A DNA stretch of 64,000 nucleotides from Callorhinchus milii (lineage: Eukaryota), in assembly GCF_018977255.1 (NCBI RefSeq), contig NW_024704743.1:44022001-44086000 (forward strand). The letters are read 5' to 3'. Within the stretch, counting starts at the first letter, position 1. Each line of letters opens with the position of its first letter. Position numbers and translations under genes: made by a program. Of this stretch, positions 38,880 through 50,490 are shown in pieces. The notes under the pieces were generated by a model. That model made no database searches. It was given only the letters and a program-made list of their open reading frames with translations, and had not been told where the DNA came from.

Positions 38880-39797
38880 TGATACATATAAATGACCTGG
38901 ACTTGGGTATAGGGAGTACAATTTCCAAGTTTGCAGATGATACTAAGCTAGGAAAAGTAGTAAACAGTGAGGAGGATAGTAGCAAACTGCAAATGGAAAT
39001 AGACTACTGGTAAAATGGGCAGACACGTGGCAGATGAAGTTTAATGTGGAGAAATGCGAGCGTGATGCATTTTGGGAGGAAGAATGCGGAGAGGCAATAT
39101 AAGCTGATGGTACAATTGTAAAGGGGGTGAAGGAACAGAGAAACCTGTGGGTTTATATAAGTAAATCTTTGAAGGTAGCAGGACAGGTAGGTAAAGTTGT
39201 TAAAAAAGCATATGGGCTACTAGGATTTATATATAGGGGCATAGAATACAAAAGTCAGGAAGTTATGATAAACCTTTATAAAACATTGGTTAGGCTTCAG
39301 CTAGAGTACTGTGTACTTAGATTTACCAGGATGGTAGCAGGAATGACGGACTTCAGTTATCAGGAGAGGCTAGAGAAGCTGGGATTATTCTCCTTGGAGC
39401 AGAGAATGTTAAGAGGAGGCTTAATAGAAATTTTCAAAATTATGAGGGAATCAATAGGATGAACAAGGAGAAACTATTTCCACTGATGGGTGGGTCGGTA
39501 ACCTGAGGACACCGATTTAAAATAGTTGTTAAAAGAAACAGAGGCGAGGTGAGGAGAAAGTTTTTNACCCAGCGAATTGTTCAGATCTGGAATGCATTGT
39601 CTGGAAGGGTGGTGGAAGCTGATTTGATAACACTTTTAAGAGAGAAGTAGAACATTATTTGGGGAGAGCAAGTTTGCAGAGCTATGGGGAGGGAGCAGTG
39701 GGATTGAATTGGATAGTTCTTTCAAGAGCACGATCTTTCAGACACGATGGGCTGAATGGCCTCCTTCTGTGCTGTATAATTCTATGATTCTATGATT
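38880..39797 (+). mobile_element. CR1 lineage B, 3' segment
   Basis: Resumes with INDLDLG...KFADDTKLG; ends 'ataattctatgattctatgatt'. Confidence 0.93.
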
Positions 39798-40000
39798 AAC
39801 AACTTGCATTTATAACCCATCCTTCACACAGGATAGTGTCTTAGAGCCTTCCATACAGCTTGGTTCTTCTGAGTACATTGCTGAACTCATAATAAAATAT
39901 AACTTTTTCAGAGATTTCTGTGAGATTGTATCACTACAGAGCAATTAAAAATAAAACCAGAAACAAGGAATCTGAATATTCTTCAACAAAATCCTTTAGA

Positions 40001-40190
40001 TAATAATAATAATCATCCTTGCATTTGATATAGCACCTTATCACATCTCAAAGCGAGACGTCTCAAAGCACTTCACCGAATATAATGTAAAGTGAATTGA
40101 CTGTATATTTTGCGGGCGAAACATGGCAGCCAATTGCACACAGCAGTATTCCACAAACAGTCATGGATTGAGTGACCAAATTATTATTAT
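40001..40190 (-). mobile_element. SINE 3' half
   Basis: (AAT)n followed by 'ccttgcatttgatatagcacc'. Confidence 0.88.
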
Positions 40191-40339
40191 AATAATATTA
40201 AGCCAAGTTTACTCTTTTATCCATCTTGGCTATATGCTGCAACTATGTCTACATGCAACAAAACTGCATTTTACATTTTCATGGACCTTAAATTTAGGAG
40301 CTAAACTCATTATATTATCTCAACACACCTATCTTTGCT

Positions 40340-40680
40340 AATGTATTTGTAGGGAAATGTAATAGCCCAATTGCACAGAACAAGGTCCCACAAACAGCCG
40401 TGAAACGAATGACCAATTTTATTTGGGGCGATTGTTGACTAGGACACCGGGCAAAGTCCCTACTCTTTTCATATAGTGCCATGGAATCTTTAACGTCCAC
40501 CTGAACAGGAAGACGGGATCTCGGTTGAATATCTCATTCAGAGGGTGACACTTCTAACAATACAACACCCCCCAGCACTACAATGGAGTGTCATCTTAGA
40601 CAATGTGAGCTCAAAACCGAAGTCGGACTTGACCCCATAATCTTCTGACTCAGAGGCAAGAATGCTACCAACTGAGTCAG
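40340..40680 (-). mobile_element. tRNA-headed Deu-domain SINE (best copy in window)
   Basis: Minus strand: 'tgactcagttggtagcattcttgcctctgagtcagaag' head, then 'tgaatgagatattcaaccgagatcccgtc...caggtggacgttaaagattccatggcacta', which resembles the Deu domain of AmnSINE/SacSINE-type elements (recognised from memory). Confidence 0.85.
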
Positions 40681-42269
40681 GGAGAACCGCAACTCACTAT
40701 ACCTTGCAGTAAATCCTATGAAGCAATTGAGACATCCTCTTGATGTGAAAAGTGCTGTATCAAATCAAAGTTTTTTTTATTATTGTTAATGCAACAATGA
40801 GAATGATGCAATTATAACCACCAATAAAAAGATTAAATTAGCTGGTTTGGGATCAATTTCCAGCACCTTTAAGCAAAAACTAAATCACAGTGAGATTGTG
40901 GGACTGAGTGAACCTGGAAATATCTGGCTAACCTTCTTATTGAGGTATTTATTCTATGACCCAACCAAGCAAGGCTTACTTACTGAGTATTTTACTTCAA
41001 GAAGAAGAAAACGCAGCCAGCCACAGGCTGTTCAGAGAAGTGCGCTTCAATAAAGCTGATCATTATTAGAGTGCTGATGTGAGTCCCTTATCTTGCCGCA
41101 CATGCTACTGGCTCAAGAATCGCTGACTGTTTGAATGTTGTGAATGTCCTGTTAGTTGTGTTAAATTTAGCTCAAATGACATAATCACCTTTTAGAATTG
41201 ATTCTACATTGCAGCCCATTGCAGGACTGACGTGAAACTGAAGACAACAGAAACAGGGCTATATTTATCAGCAAAAACACTGCATTCAGAGGGTGATTGG
41301 CTTCAGATAGAAAGCAAGGGCATTGCTTCTATGACCGAAATGGTAGAGGTCTCTATGCGATCAATTGACGAGCAAGTAAACGAATAAGCAACGAAGATCT
41401 GATAGAAGTGCCCACAGCTCAGTTTTTATGTTTCATACTTTGTAGGGTTGAGAAAGTGCTCGTCAAGAAAATGGCAGTATAAATGATCCATCACACACTT
41501 TGGAATATAAAGTTCATTCCTATAGGGAACTCTGGTCCAGGGAAATGCACTTTTAGACATAAAGTAGACCCATTAGTTACAGCTGAACTGCTGCCATTTT
41601 GAGTGGTGGGGATATTTAAGATCTGATACCAGATTATAAAACAGTAACATTGTTGGCCAGAGCAACAAATCTTTCCCACTTCCCATTCATTTTTAAAGCA
41701 CCTGACATCTGGTGGATTCCACTTCTAATACATTCTTCACTGAGGAGCATAATTTAGTTGGATGAATGGCTGTCATCTAAGTTATGTGACACCAACTCAT
41801 GAGATCTCAGTTCCTACCCGATATTGTCTATAAGGTGACATCTTACAAGTTGGTTTGACCTATGAGGTTACATACAATACTTGTACAGTTTACATTTATA
41901 TAGCATCTTTCATGTCGGAAGGCATCTCAAAGCTCTAATTGTTGTTGGCCAGACACCTAAGTTTACCCGTGCTTTTGAGACATGCTTTTGTTTTGTACTC
42001 CTCTTAAAACCTATCTCTCGTGCTGCTCTTTCAAGCATCTCCTGCCCTCCCACCATCTCCCCCACCCCCCTCCCCCCAGCTCCTTCCCCAGCTCAAGCTC
42101 CCAGTTAACTGTGTGAAATACTTGGAAATGTCCTCCTGACATGAAAAGCACTGTATAAATGTGAATTGTTGTTGTGCTTTTAATCTCAAAGTGCTTTTTC
42201 TAGTATTGAAATACTATCGGCATTACCATTTTCCCGACAAGCACTATTTCCGTCCATTAAATAAGACTT

Positions 42270-42520
42270 TAAACCAAGAACCTGTCTGACTATTCAAGTG
42301 GATGTTACAGATCCCATGGCACTATTCGAAAAGATAGGGGGTTTCTTTCAGTATCCTGGCTAACAATCACAACTGTTTGTGGGATAGTGCTGCACGCAAA
42401 TTGGCTGCCACATTTGTCTACAAATGTACAGTCACTGTACTTTATAGTAAAATCCTGTGAAGCACATCTCAACAACACAGTAAGGCGCTATATCAAATGT
42501 AAGGACTATTATTATTATTT
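42270..42520 (+). mobile_element. Deu-domain SINE 3' part
   Basis: 'gtggatgttacagatcccatggcactattcgaa' followed by the shared tail. Confidence 0.8.
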
Positions 42521-42914
42521 TAACGCCCATCCCCCTCCCCCCACCAATTACACAGAACTAATTCACTGACTTGCAGTGGAAGAACAAAGGCAGAACGGCT
42601 TTTATAAAACACTGATTAGCATTATTTATTCAACTAAGTCACATTCGTCAGTGCGGAATATAATAGGAGTGGGCCCCAGCGGATGTTAAGTGCTTTAAGA
42701 ATGACAAGAGATGAGAAATGGACAGATTTTGCTCTGGCCAATCGCCAAGTGTAGGGTTACCATCACAAAGATTAGTGTTTTATTACAGATACATAGAAAC
42801 AGATGTATGGAAAGTAAAGTGCAGAAAAAGACCCAGAAAGGCGTCCCATCAAGTCCACTTCAGGGATAACCCCCACATTTCACTTACCATCCGTGCTGTG
42901 AAGTACTTTGAGAT

Positions 42915-43249
42915 AAATAATAATACTTGCATTTTGATATAGCGCCTTATCATGTCTTCGAGATATCTCAAAGTGCTTCACCGAATATACTGTATGTTTT
43001 GTGGGTGAAAGGCGGCAGCCAATTGCACACAGCAATTTCCCACAGTCGTGGATTGAGTGACAAAATCATTATTTTTTGGGGGAGGTATTATTACTGCCAG
43101 TAAGCGATCTACCAATCGACTAACAAATGGGTTCCTACTGACTGCTAGGTGAAGTAAGGAAACTTACCCAAAATTTGGCCCTGCCAGGAATTGAACACAG
43201 TTCCTCTCACTTCCAAGCTGAATAGTCTAATCACTAAGCTATAGGACTC
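42915..43249 (-). mobile_element. tRNA-derived SINE, long form
   Basis: Reverse head 'gagtcctatagcttagtga', central domain, (ATT) tail. Confidence 0.85.
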
Positions 43250-44725
43250 TAAAATTGTAAGATGTTTTGACATGATTGTATCAAATACAAAGATTATTTA
43301 TTATTTATTCATGTTATTGTCGAATGTTATATTGTACCTTTTGCAAAGCTGCATTTACCATTCTCCATAGATATTCAAGTGTAATACAAACCCTCACACT
43401 AACTTAATGATTACCTGTTCTATCCTCCTGAGAAAAGGAGTCTCACTATTTCATTATCATTAGTATTGTTGGAATGTATATGCAATATATATATTCACAA
43501 GCAGCATATTACATTTAAACCACCTAAATTCTTGTTTTTATCTATAGGCAGGAATCAGATATTAAAATTAGCCCTGAGACACCAGCAGCTTTCTGAGGAA
43601 TCCACTCACCCTTATGTTACTGAAAAAAGTGGCTCATGTGGAGCATAAACACCAGCATAGACCAGTTGAGTCGAGTGGCCTGTTTCTATGCTTTATATTA
43701 TATGTAATTCTGTGTAAGTCACATTCAAGAATGTGACAACTCAGCAAGACAGAGCTTATGCAGTGCCTGCCCTTGAAGTGAAACACATAATATTACAAGG
43801 ATAGAAGGAAGAAAACAGCTGTGGTATAGACCCCAATTCTTACAAGGGCAGCAAGCAAGCTGATTTCCCTAGTAATAGAATGTTATGCTTGATTTCCCAA
43901 TCTGAAATTTATTGAAAAGTCAATAAACCTTCCATATCCGAGGAAAGTTACATCCGCCTGTATGCTATTTCTGTTCCTCTCTACTTGTTTTGTGTGCAGC
44001 ATCTAACCTTTTACATCATTTAAGTCAGGATTGCACTTTCCTTTCAAAATACTGAGTTCAGAATTGAGCAAGGCAAGGGCCACTTGAGAATTTCAGTAAA
44101 CATGTTCCTGCTTTCACTTAATGTAGGTGTTGTAATTTCTATTCTCTGTCCCTTTGATCTTGTACATGGATCATAATCTGACGATTTTGAACAGTTGACC
44201 AGCTTGTGCTCCTGGAATAAGCAGATTTACCAGCCTGTTTATTTTCTATGTATTAGAGCAACAAATTAATGCAGCAGGACTAAAAATAGTGTGTTGCTAG
44301 GACAAGTACTCTGCATGAAACAGTTGCTGATATCTTCTCTTAAAGGCACAGTGCCCTACAAAAAAAATCTGAGATTTAAGAAACCAAAGGTAAAAAAAAG
44401 TCACTGAGTTTTATGAAGGTATACTTGCTTTTCCAGTAATGGTCAATGTCTGAAGCTATTATGGTTTGCGTAATTACACCTTTGATGTCTCCTCACTCTG
44501 GATTTCAGATAATCACATACTTACACAAGAAGACAACATATTACAAGATCACAAGAAAGGTATGGATGAAGAAGGTCTTCCTGTTAGTTACAAATGATTA
44601 TATAGAATTACCTGCACTGAACAGCATTAAGCAGGTATTCAACCCAACTAGGTCCGCCTGCCTGATCAGTGGATATTAAAGATCCTTTGACACTAATTGA
44701 AAAGCGAAGAAAGTTTCTTCCTATT

Positions 44726-45077
44726 GTGGAGTCCTGTAGCTCAGTGGTTAGAGTACTTGCCTCGCAAGTGAGAGACCTGGGTTTGATTCCTGGCAGGGCG
44801 AAACGTTGGACACGTTTCCTTACTCCACACACCTCTGTTTACCTAGCAGTAAGTAGGAACCGGTAGTTATTCGATTTTCTGGGGTAATAATTCCTTAAAA
44901 AAAATTGGCTCACTTCAATCCATGACTGTTTGTAGGACACCTCTGTGCGCAATTGGCTGCCACGTTTCGCTCACAAAATATGCAGTCAATTATATCATGG
45001 AGTATATCCGGCGAAGTGCTTTGAGATTTCACAAAGATGTGATAAGGCACTCGATCAAATGCAAGGATTATTATTAT
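44726..45077 (+). mobile_element. Long-form SINE nested in an older Deu-SINE (~44630-44725, 45078-45160)
   Basis: Head 'gtggagtcctgtagctcagtgg'; Deu motif 'gtggatattaaagatcc' upstream and a second tail downstream. Confidence 0.9.
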
Positions 45078-46012
45078 ACTTTACAGTAAGTCTTGTGAAG
45101 TGCTTTGAGAAATCTCGATGATTTTTCAAAGCACTATATCAAAGGCAAGGATTGTTGTTGGAGTATTATAAACAGTTTGTGCCAGTGATTATACTCCACA
45201 GGAGCCTCTATCCATCTTAATCCCCTCGTCCTATCACTGTTGTACTCCCATGCCCCTCCATTGTATTCATGTCATCCTTCCAGACTATCTAGTATCAAGA
45301 TTTTATTTAAATGAGTCCTGCATCCTAGCTTCACCCTCCAATCCTGGAAATGTGTTTCAATCATTTATTACCTTCTGGGCAAAGAAATGTTTCCGGGTGC
45401 CTGGCCTGAAATTTTCTATTGCAACCTGTGTCCTCATGTTCTGATGTCTCAGTGCATCTGAAAGTATTGTTCTCAGTTTATGTGCACACATTCCTGAAAT
45501 TCACCTCCGCGATAAAAATGTAAGCATCTTAAAAATAGCTGATGCTGGGAAGCATTGTTCGTAATGGATTTTATTTTCCTATGTCTGGGACCAATGTGTC
45601 CAATAACCTTTCCCAGATCAGTTATAGCATAGGCAGCATATAGAGGTCCTAACTCAATTGATTATTTAAGGAGATATATTAATGAAAAATATAAAACAAT
45701 AATAAAACAAGTAAGAAATTAGTGATTTAGATGAATGTACATTTTGCAATATTTTTACTAGTCACGTACTATATATAATAGACTAAAGAAATGCTCATGT
45801 TATACAGGAGAATCTGGTTAACTGAGAAGCTTAGGTAGAAATGATTGGTTATATTTATTAGCTGACTCCATTAACCAAATCCCATCAGTGCCAAGGTTAA
45901 TACACTGAAAATTAATTTGGTTCTGAAAATTTCTAATTGTCAATTGAATTTATACAGAAAAAATAATTACGTGCGATCCTGATTTGAGGCTGTCAAACCT
46001 TTTTACTGATTC

Positions 46013-46446
46013 AACAACAACAAGATTCCATTTATTGAGTGCCTTTCACGTTGGGAGGACGTCCCAAGGCGCTGTACAGTTGGGTCAGGACCCGAGCAGG
46101 GGGGAAATGGTCAGGGTGAGGGGAGGGAAGGGAGGGAGCGAGGAGGGGGGAGAGAGTCGAGAGGGGAGCTGAAGGCACGGTCAAAGAGAAAGGTCTTGAG
46201 ACCGGCCTTGAAGGAGGAAAGGGAGGAGACGGCGAAGGCACTGGGGGATGGAGTTCCAGAGCCTCAGGGCTGAGAGGCTGAAGGCCCGGCCACCGATGGT
46301 AGGGCGGTTGGGGCGGGGGATGTGGAGCAGACCGGAGCCAGAGGAATGGAGGGTACGGGCAGGTAGGTAGGGGGATAGTAGGTTGGAGAGGTAGGAGGGA
46401 GCAAGGCTGTGAATGGCCTTGCAGGTGAGGATGAGGATCTTGAATT
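46013..46446 (-). mobile_element. Young L2 3' fragment with 8-bp TSD
   Basis: TGATTCAA at 46007-46014 and 46447-46454; reverse complement of 88-627 without the triplication. Confidence 0.93.
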
Positions 46447-46549
46447 TGATTCAAAATGAATTGACATAATGTGGATATGTTACAGGATCACAACATACTT
46501 TGGATGAAGGTCATTTGGCTCATTTGATCTCAGGTTTCCAGAATACCCA

Positions 46550-46830
46550 CCTCCTATCCTTCCATCACAGTATCAAGCTGCTTTTTAATGGTGCCAGTGG
46601 CCTGGCCTCAACCAACTTTCCTGATAACCGCTTCCAGTTGTTAATTGCCCTCTGGGTAAAGAAAAACTTCCTGGCATCTGTCCTGAAATTGTACTTTGCA
46701 ACTCTAAACTTATGTTCTCTTATTCTACTATCTTGGTAGTTCCCAAATAACTGTTCTGGGTTTTCTTTTTCAATTCTATTTAAATCCCTTATAAATATCA
46801 ATACTTTAATTGATCGAACATACCCACTGA
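46550..46830 (-). mobile_element. CR1 fragment
   Basis: ORF 46565-46879: FRTDARKFFFTQRAINNWKRL. Confidence 0.8.
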
Positions 46831-46877
46831 TTGCAGCTTTATTGAACACTGTATTTAGTAATAATAGTAAAACTACC

Positions 46878-47283
46878 ATTTGAATTTATAAGCTTTTCAT
46901 ATCAGGAAGACAGCTCAAAGCACATCACGGGATTTACTGTAAAACATAGTGACTGTACTTTGTAAGTGCAAAGGATTGCAATTTGCACAGTAATGTACTT
47001 CCAACAGCCATGAAGTGAGTGACCAATTTTATGTGGGGTATTGTTGACTAGGACACTGGTAGCAATTCCTTTTTCTTTTCAAGTTGCACAATGAGATCTT
47101 TAATATCCATCTGAATAGGCAGATAAGACATTTGATGTCCTATCTGAAAGATGGCACCTCCAACAATGGGGCACACCACAGTCGGCACTATACTGGAGTG
47201 TCAACTATATGAGTTCAAAGTCCCAACACGGAGATGAAACCACAAACCTTCTGGTTCAGAGGCATGAGTCCTACCAACTGACA
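46878..47283 (-). mobile_element. Deu-domain SINE
   Basis: Aligns along its length with 40340-40680 and includes the tail. Confidence 0.82.
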
Positions 47284-48409
47284 CCAGTATCAACACTTCT
47301 TTAATGATAGCATATCATGGATCATTATGTCACAGCTATAATCTCTCCTTCATCAAAATTCACTTCCATAAAAATCAGATGAATTGACTACTCATTGCTC
47401 TTTGTGGAAAGTTGCTGCACAAATTAACTTTGAGAGATTCTTTTTGGTGAAGAGGATTATATAAATATAAATTGTTGCTGATTCTTCGGCAGCTCAATAC
47501 ACTGTAGCAATTCAGAAAGTCTGAACGGAATACAAATGGGAAAGATTCACACATCACCTCTGTTTGAGGAATTCTCTCTCAGAAAATGGTGTTACCTGGA
47601 GTTTTGCCCTTGGATACAGAAGTTCAAATGTCCAGTTAACCAACATATACTGAACTAGAGTCACTGGGGAATGCATCAGACAATGAAAATATGTGATGTT
47701 CTATTGTCTCCATAATACAATTTCTGCAATTCATGGTATGCTCCTAGCAACTCAATGACCTCTGTGCATGTTATAGTTACCTCTAGCTTCAATCTATTAT
47801 GGTGCCACTTAATATGAAGATAATACATAATGGAGTTTTCAAAAGCTGACTGTATCCTTAGGGTGTCATTTCAAGCAAAGAAACAAAACTTATCCAGCAT
47901 CAATAATTTGATGCATTTACGAAGATTATTTTTCTTTAGAAAGATAGAAAGACTGTGTTATACTGTTGATGGTATAACCATAATTTGCTTCAGTAAATTA
48001 GTAATGAAAGGAAATGCTGAATTCAATTGAACTGTAAAGAAGCGCAATATTGCATATGAGTTTGTGGCAGTTTATTAATCAATTCACTTATTCTAAATCT
48101 TTGTTCTTTGTAGAGCCAACAAAGTCATTCAATGATTTAGTGCCACAAGAATCAGCAGCTGCTGCTCAATGAGGTGAAGCACAGAGAGAAACGGGGCTGA
48201 ACCCCAGATTCACACACCACGATGAAAATGCAATATTCAATTTTATAAGGATTTGTTTTCAGATATGTTTTTAATTTAGATCTTTCAAACGTGCTATCCT
48301 TTGGATGAAATATTAAACCATCCACCTGTTGGATGTTAAAGATTAAAAGGGAAAGGAGTGAGTTGCCCTAGCCAATGCTCCAAATAAAAATTGGACATTC
48401 ACTTCAGTC

Positions 48410-49270
48410 TAACCAGCTAAAACCACATAGCTTGCCAGTGATAATGCTGTTTGGCAAGCTTTCCTGCTGCTTGTCCAACTTGGACCACCCTACCTGTTAG
48501 GGCTTTGGCTTCAGGGTTAACAGGAGCTGAGTGGAATGACTCCCTGCCCCCAGTGACTGGTCTGCCCTTCCAGGTCCTGCCAATGAGCCAGGCTGGCTGT
48601 GCTGTCATCAGCAGTGCCCTGGGATACTGCAGATGTGCCTGGCTCAGGAACTCCTCTAGAGACAGCCACAGAGGGCTGGCTCGATTCTGACATTCCATTG
48701 CCAGGTATGTCATCTTAGAGCCAGTTCAGCTCCAAGGAGACCCCGCTTACCTCCCCTCAATGCAAATAGTCACTAATTGGTCGGTCGACATTCGACAAGT
48801 GCAGCCTTGAGTCCTCACTAGGTGGATGGTAGGTACCGGGAACTCCCTGTGAGCCTCTCGATGAGTAACACAGCTCAACATGAAATTGATGATAGCATTG
48901 CCACTGTCTTCTTGACCAGTGCTTGGGCAAACATCCCTTCCCATTAAGCGATGGTTCCAGCAATTGGAGATGCAGTGTTTAAGCAGTAGCTGCTTACCTC
49001 TCTGCAGGCCAATCAAGGTGGATTCCAGGTGCTGGACGTACAAACGTTTTCACAAACTCGGACTCCAGGGAACGCCTTCCAGCAGCTGTCACCCCAAGCC
49101 TCAAAGTTTCCTCATCAGCTATCTTGTGCGCATCTGCCTTCAGTGTGGTGGGCAGACCTTTACAGGACAGCTTGTGATTTGCTAGCCACCTTGATGTTCT
49201 CAAGGTCCAGTTGTTTACTCAGCACCAGTTGTTTAATCCAGGTCCTCATGTGAAGAGCCTCACAGCTTGT
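48410..49270 (-). mobile_element. Longest copy of the unclassified element; RNase H-like and C-terminal relics (probable I-group LINE)
   Basis: Homology to 5090-5280 and 24945-25130; degenerate motifs FHVEL, EDS, DIPGN on the minus strand. Confidence 0.6.
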
Positions 49271-50099
49271 TCTGGGACATTTCTGTGTCCAAATTGGCTT
49301 CTACATTTATTTACAAAATACAGTAATTATACTTTATAATATATCACTTTGAGATGTTTCAACAACATGATAAGGCACTTTATCAAATGCAAGGATTATG
49401 ATTTATTATGATTATTATTATTATTTCAGTTACAGGGGCATGAAGGGCCTAGAATTCTTCTGTAAGAATGAGAGAAGGGCACTTTCTCAAACTGTCCACA
49501 TTTGGGGTAACAAACTCATCCAGAATTCCTCCATGCCAAGTGTGCAAATATTGATTGCTTTCATTGAAAATTTAGTAGCATATGAGGGGGTACCTTCAAT
49601 GATCAGTGTTTCAGACTATTGGCATTTCAATTTAAGCTCTATGGGAGACCAGTCCCACTGTGAACGTGTGTGCTTTTGAGCGAAGGTAGCTGAATGATAA
49701 GAACGTTCTACAGATGAAGCTCTGCAAGCCCTTGATGGATGTCAGCTGTAGATTTTTGCCAGATGAGGGAGTTCCCAGTATGTATATATAGAAGAAAGGG
49801 GCCAATGCATTATTATTCATCGAAATGCACAACTTGAGCCTGTGGTACTTTGAACCTGTTGGTGGATAGATTCTAGCAACTGAGTGCAGGTTCAACACTG
49901 TGAAGCTGAGATAATTTGGTGTTCCCCAAACTAGCTCTAAAACACTTCTATCCATTTCTCTGAAGAGGCTGAATTTAGGAATTCCCCATAGTTCTGTACA
50001 ATATCTTAAATTTTAAAATCGTGGTCTTAGTTTGCAAATTGGTTCTTTCAAAGAACAGTGGAAATGCAACTTCCATATTAAGACAGATTTTAAGAATTT

Positions 50100-50490
50100 A
50101 AGGATTGGAGGAGCTCATAAAGGGAGTGGCGGGAGAGAAAGGAGTGAAGCTGGGAAGCAATGCGTCGTGCCAGGACCTTGGAAATGAAAGGGCGGTTGGA
50201 GATGGGGCAGTAATTTGAGAGCAGGAATCAGTCCAGGGAGGGTTTTTTTATGGATAGGAGTGATGACGGCCATTTTTAAAGGGGTGTGAACAGTGCCCCA
50301 GTGGACAGGGAGAGGTTTATGATAGTTGTGAGTAGAGGGGCAAGGAGGTGGAGCTGGGAAATAATAAGAGGGGTAGGGATGGAGTTGAGGGAGCAGGTGG
50401 TTGATTTCATATGGGTTACAGTGGTGGTGAGAGAGGAGGGGAGGCAGGTTCAAAGGTATGAAGGGAGAGATGGGTAGGGTTGGTGTGTGA
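50100..50490 (-). mobile_element. L2 internal fragment
   Basis: PLKMAVITPIHKK; homologous to 58800-59130. Confidence 0.85.

Noticed and set aside
48114..48172. Good acceptor followed by PTKSFNDLVPQESAAAAQ*
   Set aside because: Short and unrecognised, with no upstream exon; such acceptors are common by chance.
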